A stretch of 64,000 nucleotides of DNA from Octopus bimaculoides (Eukaryota): the NCBI RefSeq assembly GCF_001194135.2, contig NC_068983.1, positions 53,094,280 through 53,158,279 of the forward strand. Direction: 5' to 3'. Below the pieces are notes generated by a model. It was not told the origin of the DNA, did no database searches, and saw nothing but the letters and a program-made list of their open reading frames with translations. Positions 12,291-26,080 of the stretch are shown in pieces. Numbering within the stretch: the first letter of the stretch is position 1; the number at the start of each line of letters is the position of its first letter. The position numbers and the translations under genes are program-made.

Positions 12291-13549
12291 ACTGTACAGT
12301 GTAATTATATCATATGTTTTATATCTTACACTAAACATAACTTACTTATTCCCAATACAGTTTTGATGCAAATCCATCAGTTTAAAACACCATGGTGCAA
12401 CAAATTATTTCATTAATGGAGTATTCTTTACATAAACATAAAAATAGTGTGCTGGTTAATGCTTGATATTTTAGTTGTTAAACTAATGTATAATGGGGGT
12501 TGAAACAGACTGCCAATACACATATCAATAAAAGACACATCATAAAATGCTTATTGAAACAAAACTTTTGTTACTTCTAGGCAGGATGAATAAATATTTT
12601 CAAAGTGTATATGTTAAACAAGATTACATTAGTACAATTAAACCTTGGGAGAGGCATTATGCCGGAAATACACATACAAAAAATTACATTAGTACTTTTA
12701 TCACATTCAATCTTCCTTTTTCAGGTCATCATTGAGGTATCTCCTTGTTGTCTGTCATTTAGAATATTCTAACTAGAGAATGAATTAGCTACAATACATA
12801 GCTGAAGACCTCTTGTGGTCTTAAATTTGCTATGTGCTAACTACATAACGCACATCAAGAACAAAAATAATTTTTTTATATGCTTGCTATGGATTTAACA
12901 AAAAGCATAGCTAGTTAATTGAGAAGCCTTTTGAAAACATCAGAAATTGCCTTTGTAAATTGGCTGCCTTGAAAAATTTATTAAAAAACAAAATCATTCA
13001 GCCCTTATATGATAACATGAAAGTGATTGCTTTAATAAGTGGCACAATTACTTAACCTGAATGCTTGTGAAAGTATGTGATAAGAGTGTGAGGTTTAACT
13101 GCATGATTCTGTTCTTTCTCTTTAACTTTTCTTTATTGGAGTATTTCATATTTCCCTTATATATTTTGTTCCTTTTGATTATAATGAATTTCCTGGGTCC
13201 TTTAACATTCTATAATATTCTAAGTCCTTTCTTAATGGAATATCTGTAGTGTACATCTGCATGCTTATGTGTATTAACTAAGACTATATCATCATTTTCA
13301 TACTAATCATTTTATGTCCATTTTCCATGTTGACATGAAATGGAGATGTATTTTTCAGACACTTTTTGCAATCCTTTGTCACTGATTACACACAATAAAT
13401 TGCCTATTTTTGTTGTTGGATATGCCATATGTTATGGATTGGACTGAGTATATTTTATTATCCCTAACAGCACTACAGAGTTCTTCTCTTAAGACTACAG
13501 CAAATTAGATCACTGTGGCTCATTGAGCCTACATCACCTTCAGTATATA

Positions 13550-13812
13550 TCATTGTTGATATTTGTCCTTTTTCCATGCTGGCATGGGTTGGACAGTTTG
13601 ACTGAAAGCTAGTAAGCTGGAGAGCCACACCAGATTCCAATCTGATTTGGCATGTTTTCTACAGCTGGATGGCCTTCCTAATACCAATCACTCCAAGGGT
13701 GTAGTGGGTGCCTTTTACATGCCACTGGCCACAACTATGATCTCACTTGGCTTGACAGGTCTTCTAAAGCATGGTATATTGCCAAAGGTCTCGGTCACTT
13801 GTTACTGCCTCT
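13550..13812 (-). mobile_element. RTE LINE 3' end (ORF2 C-terminus plus 3' UTR)
   Basis: CCATGCTGGCATGGGTTGGACAG...TTTCTACAGCTGGATG...GCCAAAGGTCTCGGTCAC matches 63020-63500. Confidence 0.85.
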
Positions 13813-14399
13813 AAATATTTATAAATGAGAAAAAGCACCCAGTACACTCTGTAAAATTGTTTATGTTGGGAAAAAATATCCATTGGGAGAAACCATACCA
13901 AAACTGGACATTAGAGTGAGATATGACACTCTAGTCTCTTGAATTTTGATGAACTGTCCAATCCATATCAGCATGGAAAGCAGCTATGGAAATGATAGTA
14001 TATAGTCAATTTCACTTAATTGTATAGTCTTGGTGATTGAAATTTTTGGAGCATACAATTCACTGAATTTACATAGTAGGCAAAAATTTCACAATTCTTA
14101 TTGACTGAAGTAAGATATCGTAACTATGTTACATATTAGAAAATTACTATTTTTTTAAATCTCACAACGAGAGATATTCAGCAACAGTACTTTGGAGTAA
14201 AGATTTTTGTCAACATAGCATGGGAGTCCTGGTTTAGGATGAATGTTGCTATAATTTAGCCCCAGAAGACATCTTCTCCAGTTGGCTATACAACACGATC
14301 TGTGTCCTTATATCTTCGAACATGTTACACATGCATAGATTATTTAATTAAACAAGAATAAAAGAGGTCTTTTTTTTTTTTTACACACAGTATGTTTTA

Positions 14400-15900
14400 T
14401 GGTGTACACATATTTTACTTATGTATGCTTTATCCAAGTTGTATTCCTTATTTCAAATCAGACCAGCAATAATTAATCCCTATAAAATTTTTCAATTCCT
14501 TTTGATTGTCTTCAATTACTCATGATAACTAGATTCATATGTCCTATCAATGACTTTTACAGACTTCTTTGATTTGTAGTATCATTGAGATTTTCCATTT
14601 TGCTATGACATGGTTGATGTATTTCATTAGTATTGGGGTTGTCTTCTTATATAATTGTTTGCATGTTTGTGGAATGGTATTGAATGTTGTTTTGTGTCAA
14701 TCCAAATCATACCAAGGTTTATTCACCTCTTTTTACTGCCCTCTATGACAGCTTAGTCTATCAATAGCTGTTCTTACAACCATGCATTCTTTTCTAGCAC
14801 ATTTTTTGTTCCTCTGGTAGTATATTATTGTTCTCCAGATGTGTAATCAGTCTGTTGTGTATATAAAGGGTTTTATATGTTGTTGGCAAGCATTTTATAG
14901 GTCAATAATTTTGTGGTTCTTTGGTATTTTCATTCCAGCAGTTTAGTGTGGTATTCCCCTCCAGCATACGATCAGGTATTGACTCTGTTCAGCTTACCAC
15001 TTATTTGAATGCTGTTGATGTATACTGTCTCTTTGTGAAACATTTCTGCACTCTCTACTTTAGAGAATTCTGTTTGAATTATGCAAGCATTTCAAAAACA
15101 AATATTCTAAAATATGCTTGCTGCAGGCCAGTGTAAAATCTATCTATATTGATGATGTCTTTCTTCACAAGTCTCAGCATCAGTGTATCAAAGCTTTTGA
15201 TAGCATGCCAGCTTTTAAGATCTATGTCAGGGCTACATGATGTGTTGGTGCTGAGGTGGATGCAGACAGTGCTAACATATTCTGTGCTGGCATTACATAA
15301 CCCTGAAGTTTTTATATAATATTTTCAGGACTTACGGGCATCAAATTGTTTAAAAGTCTATCTGCTCTTGAGTTCTGTTACTACATCATCTAAACACAGG
15401 GCCTGCAATAAGTAGAAAGCAGTTTGAAACTTGAGAAATGAATTAAAACCTCTGTCTTTTCCCTTTTTGACTTGTCTTGCAATATTAACATAATGCATTG
15501 TTGAATATAACAGATACAAATCATCACAGAACATTTTCTGAAAGAGGAGTGTGTGCATTTCTGCTACTTTAGACAAGTACTTGATATCAGGGTGACTGTC
15601 AATCTCTATCATTATGGAGGTTGTTAAAATTCTCTGTAGATCCAAATTAGTAACTGGCTTTTGCTATTTGTGAATCAAATGTACTGCAGATGGTTCATTC
15701 ATCTGAATTTTCTCCTCGGTATTTGCATTGATTTTTTTCTGCCAAGTGGTTAGACTTCTTCATCCAAACTAGACTGAAAATCTTGAACCCAATGTCAAAT
15801 GATATTTTTTACTTGAAGGGCATATTTTAACTGACTGGTTGTTGAAGGTTGCTGTGTTATTGTGGTCACAGAGGATATTCCTGAGTGTATATTTCTCTCA
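14400..15900 (-). mobile_element. R4/Dong-clade non-LTR retrotransposon, RT region pseudogene
   Basis: With frameshifts: SPDIDLKSWH (KAPG.D.I...W) at ~15205-15234; HGCK(E)QLLID*AVIEGSKKR*INLGMIWIDTKQHSIPFH at ~14670-14790, matching GCKDQLLID....NLSMAWIDYKKAFDSVPH. Confidence 0.8.
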
Positions 15901-16329
15901 GTAGTCAGCATATTTCAAATGCTGAAAATTATTGCAAATACCCACTCCCCTGACAAAAATCCTCCAAAATACTCTACCATTATTGCAATAAGAAAATGCT
16001 CTTAGTCACAAAAAGACAAACCTCTCTAATTTCGATAATTTTCATAAATAAAACAATGTGCTTTTTTTTTCAGTCACAGGAAATCAAACTAGTGATAGAA
16101 AGATTTGTAGCTTTTTCTGTACAAAATAAAACATTGGTAAATGGAATAATGCAAAGTGCAGCTTTTAATCATTTAAGAGTTATTACTTTATCAGTTTCTT
16201 TCACTGTTGTTATTTTTTTCTTTATTTTTTGCTGGATGTTTTTCTCTTGCAGTTATTTTACTTATTTTTTTATGAGTTTTTATATTTACAAGGACAAGTC
16301 AAATCAATAATGCATATATGCTGTTGGTG

Positions 16330-17690
16330 GTTATTTCTTGAATTAACTGTAGCTGCCTGGCAGTAATAAATTTACACGTGTATTCCAAATCACCATATAG
16401 TATCTGTTCCTTCCTTATTCTTCAGTTATGTTCCTCTATCTTAATTGGGTTTATTTTGTCTTTCACTGTAATCAACCCCATCAATTATCTTACACCCAGA
16501 AGATAGATTAACTATTTCTTTCTTTCTTTGACATCCACTTCTTTCATTTCTTCCATAAACTTGTTTCTACCAACGTGCTTGTCTGTTAATGATGGGGCAA
16601 ATTTTTTTTAAATCTTAATTCAGCTAAACTATATATGACTCTTTTAAGAACCTGCTAAGGACTTCAGTCTACAGAATTTTCCTTTCATATTCTTTAAGCT
16701 TTAGTTTGAATTCTTTTGCACTAATTCTTTCTACCTGAAACACCATCACATTTTCTTTCATGTCATAGCCATTCTAGTTTGATTTCGATTTCTCCATCAC
16801 CACATTTCACTTCTTCCTTGCTGCTGGGCATTACATAAACCACTTTTATCAGAACAAATCTTTCTTTCATGTGCTACTTATCCATTCACACCATTTCATT
16901 TCCATGCAACATACTATAGTAAATTGTTTGCTACTTCTGAATAATAATTTTCATTACATGCTTGTCTACTGAGGTAGGAGATTTTTCAGTCAAGATTCCA
17001 TTCATTATTCTATTTAGTATCTCTAAATCTGCTTTGCTGAATTTAGCCACATTCATTACATTCTGAACCACTGCAACAACTCTACAGTTTATGACTGACA
17101 CTCAATGTTTGTACAATAGTTCCTGTTTGATCAGATTTCATTTAGATTTTGATTTCCTCTAAAATCATTTTGACTATTTTTACTGTGTCTTTCACCTGCT
17201 CACAGCAAACACATTTATAGAATTTTTATCTAGATCATCTGATAAGAATTATTTCTGAGAGTACTTCCAGACCTATTGCTTTTACCATTTTCCCTCTAAC
17301 AATCTATGCATAAATTTTTGCCTCTATAACACGTTTTAGTTTGCACTGTAATGTCATTAGCTACTTCCACCTGATAGTAGCTTTCCTAGTCACATTCAGA
17401 TCATAAGCAATCTATCAGTCTTTTTGCCACCTCTCTTTCTAGAAGTCTCACACTATTCCCATTTCCTTTTACAAGCAACAACCAGTGAATAAATGTCTTG
17501 AGGCTGAAATCTTCGTGAAAGAGTAGCTTGTTTGCTTATTTCCTGTTGACAAACACTCCAAACCTACTCGTCTTTCTTATCATACCTTATACTTTGTCTA
17601 GCATTCTGATCCACTCATATTGTACTGTGTCATAGCATTTCTGATAGACATAAAGAGACAGTTGCAAGTTTTAGATATAATTTCTTTATT
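16330..17690 (-). mobile_element. Degraded LINE (RTE-like endonuclease plus linker)
   Basis: Purine-rich minus strand with remnants such as GNGNSVRLL and VKMILEE. No intact motif. Confidence 0.3.
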
Positions 17691-17974
17691 ACTTCATCTG
17701 TTGATCACATAAAATACTACTTATTTATTAATTTGTGTTATGTTGTAACAAGTGAACAGTAAAGTCAATGTTTACGTATGTCAGATACCTCAGTCATTAG
17801 TTCACTGCATTTCTAAGAGTGGGAATGACAAGGGAGTGTTTGCAATTTGGTGCAGAACAAATACCTCAAGGAACGTAGGAGTGTAAAACCTCAACATTTT
17901 GTTTTTCTTTCTAATATTGATATCAGTCTGCGATATATTGGAGAAAATACACAACACACACACACATACACACA

Positions 17975-18130
17975 CTACTGACTTCTGTACAGTGCCTGAT
18001 TACCAAATTACACTAAAGAAGTATTGGTCAATCTGACACTATGCTAAGAGACACTTGCTCGGGGTGTTCTTGTAGTGGGATTGAACCAAGAGTCATGTGA
18101 TTGTGAATAGTTCACAGCAGCTAGTCCTAC
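17975..18130 (-). mobile_element. SINE family A, degraded
   Basis: GACACTTGCTCGGGGTG...GGGATTGAACC is the reverse complement of the family-A head. Confidence 0.65.
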
Positions 18131-18588
18131 ATATATTTTATTTGCATATCCCTCCCTTATCCTGCCTATGATTCTAATCAGTATGACTTTCATGAATCTA
18201 ACCAACAACTATTTGAAAATTTTGCATGCAGAGAAACAAGGGATTAGTTTAGTTCTTTTCCTTATTCCAGTTATTACTCAAGTTATTTGACCTTGTGGCT
18301 GATATTTAACATGGTATTAAATCACAAACCTCTCCCTGCATTACAAAACATATTGATTCACCATAAGTTTGAATAATATCAGTTCTTAGCACTAAATAAT
18401 TTTCGATTTTTTAAAACTCTTGAACCACTGTAGTGCTTTCTCTATATAAACTTCCTAATCTTGTTAAAATCCAGCAATTTTCATGAAATTCAGTGAGTCC
18501 ACTATAAAAATCATGAAAAAAAACATAACTATAGCATAAATTTAAATGAAACTTGGTGATTGCATGTGATGATTGTTGGTATATATAT

Positions 18589-18703
18589 ATAGGCGTAGCA
18601 GTGGCTGTGTGATAAGCAGCTTACTTACGAACCACATGGTTCCGGGTTCAGTCCCACTGCATGGCACCTTGGGAAAGTGTCTTCTACTATAACAAGTAAA
18701 AGA
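18589..18703 (+). mobile_element. SINE family A, internally deleted (head joined to tail tip)
   Basis: AGGCGTAGCAGTGGCTGTGTG...CTTCTACTATA is followed directly by ACAAGTAAAAGA, the last bases of tail 1. Confidence 0.85.
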
Positions 18704-21224
18704 GTAAAAATTGTGAACGGGTATTTTATGTTGTTGATTTTAATCAGTTTTCAAGCTAGTGTCACCTACTCAGATAGGTTGAATACAGATAAGTTGCTGA
18801 CACATTGGTCTTTACACATATAAGATATCAAGCCCTAGATATAAATTTCCTGTCCGAGATGAATTTGCGTTCCTGTAATCGCTGTAACTTGGAAGGTATG
18901 CAGCTATCATTAGAAAAATCATTCTGAGATATGCTTTCATTTCTAACATTGATGAAATGAAATTGCCATTGCTTGTTGATGTGCTTATTTTGTGGTCTTG
19001 TCACTCATTGTGAGAAAGATTTCTTTTGGAAAGTGCTGAAAAAATACTCTGTGAGCTTTGTTTCTAAGTTCAAAGGTTTTGTAAGGCTCACATCACTAAT
19101 GAAAGCATTGATGCAATGATCAGTTATATGATAAATCTATTCCTGCTCAGAATTGATAAACTATGTTGTAAATTTCAGTCAGAATCACTTAGATCGTTGA
19201 TGTGTACAAATGACTCTGGGTATCAGTCTTAGTTGATTTTTAAAAATCTATTTTCATTAATCTAGTGATAGAGTAATGCATAAAGATAGTAAAATGACTT
19301 TTCTTATTGTGTAAACTACTAAATATGTTTAACTGCTATGCTATCTATTTTTGACAAATGATGTTTCCAGATTCAATTGTTACAGATTTGAAGATTATTG
19401 TCAATTTCAAACAAGTATTTCACTCGTGGTTTAGTTTCTTCATGAAGTGAATTTAGAAATAACATAATTTATAGTTGGAATAAATTCTTCAATAAGTTTT
19501 CCTCTTCTTCTATATATAGCATTTTGCTATTTCCACACTAATGCTCTTGTTTGCTCTTAACAGGGTCAGATATTTTTATGATTTATCTTGCTGGTTGCTC
19601 TCTTAAAGGAATGTTCATTTTTATCAGAACTGTTACAGATCTTTCTTGTACCTTTTCTTTTGTGTGCCAGTATTAACTGACAAACGGTTATATTATGTAT
19701 TAAATAACAAATGGTTATATCCATTGCCATTAGTTTGTAGATTAAGTATCAATTTCATGATATTCTGGAAACACTTAATCCTTTGTAGATTTTAACGCTG
19801 TCTTCAAAACTATGTATTTTGAGAACTGAACCAGATCTTAGTTCACCAGTCATTCTGCTCTTATTCTGTCTGGTTTGCAGCAATTTGATACAACTAGAAA
19901 ATTATAACCTTTAAATGATACTCTTCAATCATTGTTTAAATTTGGGAACATTTTCTTACAGGATTTGCTTACATAATCATTTATGAGAGTATTTGCAGCA
20001 CTACATTCTCTTTATTTTCTTCAAAAATTCAGTTGCTCCTGCCCTCCTCACTATCATTTTTGCAACATTTTTTCAGTTCAAATTATTCTTGATTGACTAA
20101 TTTTAGTTTTGAAATATTCATTGTTAAACAATTGTTTTTAGGTGTGTCTCTGTTATTTACAATTTTCTATTATTGATAGTAGATAGATTAATGTTCTTGG
20201 CTTATCTTTCTGAAGGCAAAAATCTTACACTGCTTCAGAAAATGAAAAATGATTTCAGTGTTTTTTTTTTTCACTTTGATGGCTTTTTACTGTAATTATC
20301 TGCTGATTGTTTCAAAATATTTTTCTTTTTTTTTTTCTGTTTTCATTTTTTCTCATTCTATTGGGAGTGGTTGGTATTACTTTTCTTACATCTTCAGTAT
20401 AATCAGCTTGTTGATTGTTTTAAGGAGCATGACTGAAACTCTATCTCAATGATGTATTTTCTGACAGGTTCTCTGTCACTAAGATTTCTTTTGTTTTATG
20501 CACGTCTATATTCCTCAATCATTTCTATTGTATTGTATGTCATTACATCATTTTTCCCTTCAAAACCATTGCAGTCACTTTTTAATTCTCTGAGACTTTG
20601 CTATGTATGTTTTTACCATCATTTTTCTGTCCATATTTCATGACACAGACATAATTCCCAGTATATGAAAGATCTATATTTTACATATTCCTTCTTGGCT
20701 GGTTAACACAAGGCAATCTGAAGCAACATGGCTGATATCTTCATATTCTCATTCATCATGGTTTTAGTTTCTTTTGTAATTTCCAGCAAGACATCCTTGA
20801 TATTGCATTATATCAAAAAATTCTTTGGGCATAGCTTTGGATCCTGAGTGTCTTATTCACTTTTGAGTTTCATAGCTATCCATTTTTGTGTCATTCACTA
20901 TTGTCAGGTATTAATAATGTAAGGACTTACCCTGCCAGCATCTTAGCATGAAATTTTATAATGCTAGTGTTAGTTTACTTTTTAGTTCTTAGATTCTGCA
21001 GTTTCTCTTCCCTACAATTGTCTTTTATCTCAGCATAGGTTTCTGTATTTGTTGGCTTCATTGATGACAGAAATCGGCTTTTTGTTTTGTTTATATCATG
21101 TTGCTATTTGTATTAGTATCCCTTTATTTTTTTATGTATATTTATAGTCTTATAGTATCATAATATTAATATTGTTACATTTTTGATGTAAGGAGTCTGT
21201 CATACTTGGAGTAACTCACAGTAA

Positions 21225-21501
21225 GGCACTTATCATCATCACCATCATCATCATAATGTCCACTTTCCAATGCTTGCTTGGACTGGATTGGAATTTTGCT
21301 GAGGCAGATTTTACACCTGATGCCCTTCCTGTTGCCTACCCTTACCTGTTGCCAGGTAAGATAATATTTCCCAATGGCCAGACGTGTTTTCATAGAAGAT
21401 GAATGAGGGACACTGCCTGCATGACAGTAATGTTCATTTACAACTATCAGGTGATATCAAGGCAAGGAGGCTGTAACACACACACACACACATGTATACA
21501 T

Positions 21502-21536
<35 letters not shown>

Positions 21537-21712
21537 TACATACATACATACATACATGATGGGCTTCTTTCTGTTTTCATCTACCCAATCCTTTCTGGTC
21601 AGCCTAGGACTATAGCAAAAGATTCTTGCTCACGATACCATGCTGTGGGATTGAATCCAGAACTATGTGGTTGGGAAACAAACTTCTTACCTCACAGCCA
21701 TGCCAGTATCTG
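21225..21712 (-). mobile_element. SINE family A head, microsatellite and RTE-like tail 2
   Basis: Head at 21560-21712, (CA)/(CATA)n at 21475-21555, tail ending GGAAGGGCATC...AAGTGGACATTATGATGATGAT. Confidence 0.8.
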
Positions 21713-22914
21713 TTGTTGTTAGTTATTTTAGAGATTTTGCTGGAGTGATGTTCATGGTAATGGTAAGTGGTGAGACAGAAAGAAAGAAAGAAAAGGAGAA
21801 GTTTTAGTGGTTGTGTTTGTTAGTGGTGGTGATGGTATTGCTGATAAATTTCTTTTTTCATAGAATACTCTTTCATTCTAAAGATGTTGCTGTTGAGTAA
21901 AATTTGAAATAATGCTTAAATATGGATACTATGTCAGCAGTTTCAAGTTCGAATATCCCAGATTATAACAGAAATGTAAATATGAGAATTTACTCAAGTC
22001 ATACGTTTTTAGCAAACTTTGGTAGAACTTATTTATAATGAATTCTTATTCATTTATTTTCATTTTTTAGTGTACCTTGTCAAATACCTTGAAAAAATGA
22101 CCTGACCTTTGAATTTAAAAAAATGTAAACTTCAATATTAATATAATAATACATACATGAATCTCTAGGTTTTATAGTGAGTTTGGAATGAAAATCAATA
22201 ATTCATGTTTTGTTTTATGGCTATGGTGGCTATGGTAGCAATAAAGAGATGACACTGATGAATTTATTTTTTTATTTATTAGACTAAAATTTATGTTTTT
22301 AAAAATTGTCTATGATTTAACACATGCAAAGTCTGAACCAGAACATTCACTTTGTAAACTTCAACATTCAAAAAAATAACTGATACCCTTTGTAACCATT
22401 GTTTGTTTATTGCTGGTAGTGGTAATATTTATTTATTTGTTGTTGATGTGCTGGTATTAAAAACTGGTGGTGGTGGTGGTGGTGGTGACAGATGTTTGCT
22501 GTAGTTATTCATGGTGGTAGCAACAGTAGCAGTGTCTTCTGCACTGTATTATTTTTTAGTTTTTATTTCATTCTATTTTGACTATTCATTATAGTAATTT
22601 CATTGCAACAATTAATAATGACTCGTGTTTACCATAGAATTTCCACACATCTTCACTACTATGTTTTATAATCATTTTCTAGTTGCAGAACAATGGGTTA
22701 TGTATTCTAAATCCAGATATTATTTTTCTAGTTTTCTTGTATAATTTTGATAATTCACTTAGCTTCCAGTTATGATATCAATATTATTACTATAACTTAT
22801 CACTGGAGATGTAGAATATTGATACCTATTATCTTAATTTTGGCATTTAGCTGTTATTAGTATTAATAAAATGCCTCTGTCCTAACATTGCCTTTAATTT
22901 ATGTATGTTGTATA

Positions 22915-23617
22915 GTCTATCTTTTACTTGTTTCAGTCATTAGACTACTTATTTTATCAGTCTCTTTTGCCGAAATGCTAAGTTACAAGCTTGTATATAC
23001 ACCAACACCAGTTGTCAAGTGGTAGTAGGAGACAAATACAAGCACAACGATACACACACATAGAGAGACAAAAAGGGTAAAGATCCCTTTGGTCATGAAT
23101 GACCATGTGATTGCACCTAGAAAGTTCCCCTCCGAGGCACAAGTCCAGGCAAGGTTGTTTATAGAAGACCAGCAGTCACCCATGCTTACCAGCCTCCCTT
23201 CTCCATGCCACTGATGTTATCCAAGGGAAAGGCAAATACCGATACAGCTTGGCATCAGTGATGTTGCAACACATTTCTACAGCTGAGTGAACTGGACCAA
23301 CATGAAATAAAGTGTCTTGCTCAAGAACACAACACAGCCTGGTCTGAGAATCGAATTCATTACCTCATGATTGTAAGCCCAATGCTTTAACCACTGAGCC
23401 ATGCAATTTCATAACACATAGATACATACATACATGCATACATGTGTGCATGCACGATGAGCTTCTTTCAGTTTTTGTTTACCAGATCCACTCACAAGGC
23501 TTTAGTTAGCCTGAGGATATAATAGAAGACACTTGCCCAAGGTGCCACGCAGTGAGACTGAACCTGAAAACATGTGGTTGAGAAGCAAACTTCATACCAC
23601 ACAACCATGCTTGCGCT
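22915..23617 (-). mobile_element. SINE family A (tail 1) split by a SINE family C insertion
   Basis: Head at 23450-23617, tail 1 at 22915-23065, separated by family C. Confidence 0.8.
23070..23410 (-). mobile_element. SINE family C (tRNA-derived)
   Basis: Minus strand GCATGGCTCAGTGGTTAAAGC (A-box), GAATTCGATTCTC (B-box-like), GTGTTCTTGAGCAAGACACTTT central domain. Confidence 0.8.
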
Positions 23618-24055
23618 TATGTCTAGTTCATTAATTCCTATGCATTTGTAAATCTGTATTTGGTGTAATTATCTCAATTTTTTTTCTACTGATAGTATTA
23701 GTGATAGGTATTAATGTTCTTCTTTTTAAGATTGCCTTGGCACACATTTCTAAATGGAATTTAACGTCACTTACTTTACTGGGTTTATGTATCATATGTA
23801 ACAGTGTTTACAGTTACTTTTTAGCTGCAGTGTATAATTTGAGGTCATCCAAACAAAAAGTGGTAGTTTTATGTACTCCCTTAACATTTACATCTGCAGC
23901 TTGTCTGATTTAGATTGTTGATTAAAGATGTTAAAACCATGTTGAAAAGAAGTGAGGAGAAGGAGTCTCTTTAGAATACTTGTCTTTTAGTAGGGATGGA
24001 ATTTGTTTAATATTCCTCCTTTTTTGAAAATGTTTTGTTTATAGCTTTTTATTAA

Positions 24056-24105
24056 GTCCAACCCATGCTAGCATGGAAAGTGGACGGTAAATGATGATGA
24101 TGATT
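24056..24105 (+). mobile_element. RTE LINE extreme 3' tip
   Basis: GTCCAACCCATGCTAGCATGGAAAGTGGACGGTAAATGATGATGATGAT is nearly identical to 59875-59930. Confidence 0.85.
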
Positions 24106-24266
24106 CATGTTATGTTTGATGTGTCTGCTTATTGCTACTGCTAAATTACTCATGATTGTTTTCAGAATCCTTATGTGGAGATCCTTGTTAAAAGTCTTCT
24201 AGTCACCATTCCATGCCATTCTCAGACACTTCTGTTACTTTCTTCAGTTTTTGATTCTTGATTTGT

Positions 24267-24805
24267 TCATAAGTACCTTACCAGTAATATAGCATCAGTG
24301 GTGCTTTTGCTTGGCACAAAATCAAACTGCATGTCATCTAGGCTAAGTCTCTCCCTAATTAGTTGGGCTATGACCCTCTCTGTAATTTTCATCACCTGAT
24401 CCAATAATTCGATACCCCTGTAGTTATTTCTATCTAAAACATCACCTTTACCTTTGTAGTAGTTGACTATGGTGCTGCTACACCAGTCATTGGGTATGAT
24501 TCCTTCATGAACTACCTGATTTATGAAGTGGGTGACAAGACCATAACCCACACTGCCTGATATTTTAAGCATCTCTGCGGTGATTCCTGATGGGCCAGGT
24601 GCTTTCCCCGTCTTCATATCCTTAATTGCTTTATCTACCAGGGTACTGTTGATTCAGGTAGCTGATCCCTCAATTGGGTCAACCTTTGGCAGAAACTCCT
24701 CCTCCCATTCATTCACCACATTCAGCAGTCTTACATAATGGCATCTCCAAACCTCTGTCTTTGCAGAATCACCAAACACAAGGGCCTGCCTGTGTCTGAT
24801 ATATG
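24267..24805 (-). mobile_element. RTE-clade LINE reverse-transcriptase fragment
   Basis: ORF 24267-24617: MKTGKAPGPSGITAEMLK...PNDWCSSTIVNYYKGKGD..DRNNYRGIELLDQVMKITERV...QFDFVPSKSTTDAI (RT domains 0-2); upstream EVWRCHYVRLLN. Confidence 0.92.
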
Positions 24806-26080
24806 GATCAAACAAAAGTTAGGAACTTTATCACTCCTAGTGCTTCCCAGTTGTAATTTGGTAGCATCTGCACTACTTCTTGCGTTACTACTATTTTGTT
24901 CAACTGCAGTACTTATTCACTTGAACATTCTCGGTTGTGTCAAGCTGTTCACTGGCTAAACTCCTCAAAACTTTTCTACTTCTCTTGTTGTTGGTGCTGC
25001 ATTGATTTCTAATTTGTTTTTTTATCTAGTTCTTGATAAAAATCACTTTGTAGTCTAATAAAACTATTTTGTTAAAAAAAGAAAACAAATAAAAACATCA
25101 CTTATAACATCTTCTTTGCGATTTAGCAAGAATTTCATTTCAAACATTCTTTGATTTGATGTCCTTCTACTTTTGTAGTGTTGTTCCTTTGTAGTGTATT
25201 TTTCTCTCTCGGCTTCTTTTCATTTGCCTTTTTTTGTTGTTTATTGCATTAAAGATTCAGAGCTTTTTTTTTTTTATCTTTCACAGTAATATTTTTCTAA
25301 ATTATTTGCCTGAATTTAGATAGTCCTACATTAGTAGTTTTGAGGAGATACCCACTTTACTTTGTTACCACTGTAGCTATTGGTTAGATTGTTTCATTTA
25401 TTCTCATGATATTGATGATTGCATCTGTTTTTCCCTATGTCTATGAATGCAAGATTTGCATTTTTCTCACTGTTATTTTATAGTTATATATCTTTGGGAA
25501 GGTTTTTGTTGTTTCTTCATAAGATCTTCTATTGATTTAAATTCTTCAGCTATTTCCCTCTTCCAGTTATTGTCATATTTAAAATTTCCATCTGAACAAT
25601 TTGTATTTATTCATATTTTGATTTGTGTTCTTGTTCTGTTTTTGTTTATCAGTATCCTGTAGATATTTTAAGTTACAATTTTTATTGATTTGTTACAGAT
25701 TTGGTTTTCTTTGCATGTGATGAGCTCTAATTTCATGATTTATTTTCTCAATGTTAATAATTTTAGTGTTTTGGGGTTTTTTTTTAGCTGTTGGCATATA
25801 TTTTTGACCATTGTTTCTATCTCCAATATACTCTTTTAATCATTCTATTTCTGATCTGATATCATTTTAGTTATGAGAATGTATCTTCTTAAATATTAGC
25901 TAATTGAAAGTGATCCAGTGATAACAATTAAATTAGGATCAATTTTGCTTCTCATATTAGGTGTCATTGTGGTATTCCCATTTTTTTTTTCTTTTTCAGG
26001 ATAGAGTAGACCTGCAAAATATCAATGAAACTTATTCTTCTCATGTCCAAATATCATTTTTCTTTTACTTGTGGACCTCT

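Larger units (their letters stand above)
20250..25250 (-). mobile_element. Fragmented R4/Dong-clade LINE (RT, CCHC knuckle and REL endonuclease region) with nested insertions
   Basis: Colinear minus-strand motifs: NWEALG/SDKVPNFCL (~24815-24852), LRMAWNGD*KTF (~24181-24230), RDSFSSLLFN (~23944-23969), LDDLKLY (23831-23851), NWKLSELSKLYKKTRKI (~22720-22771), CWQGKSLH and KWIAMKLKSE (~20860-20945), EDISHVASDCLVL (20705-20742), KEYVKYRSFIYWELC (~20650-20695), KVSEN*KVT (~20575-20600). Confidence 0.85.

Noticed and set aside
21325-21362. Second CAG|GTAAGA recursive-like motif
   Set aside because: It lies inside an antisense SINE tail, so it is repeat-derived with weak pyrimidine context.
25981-26075. 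Strong acceptor (T)10C(T)5CAG at 25999
   Set aside because: No good donor follows and the open frame (DRVDLQNINETY) matches nothing I recognise.
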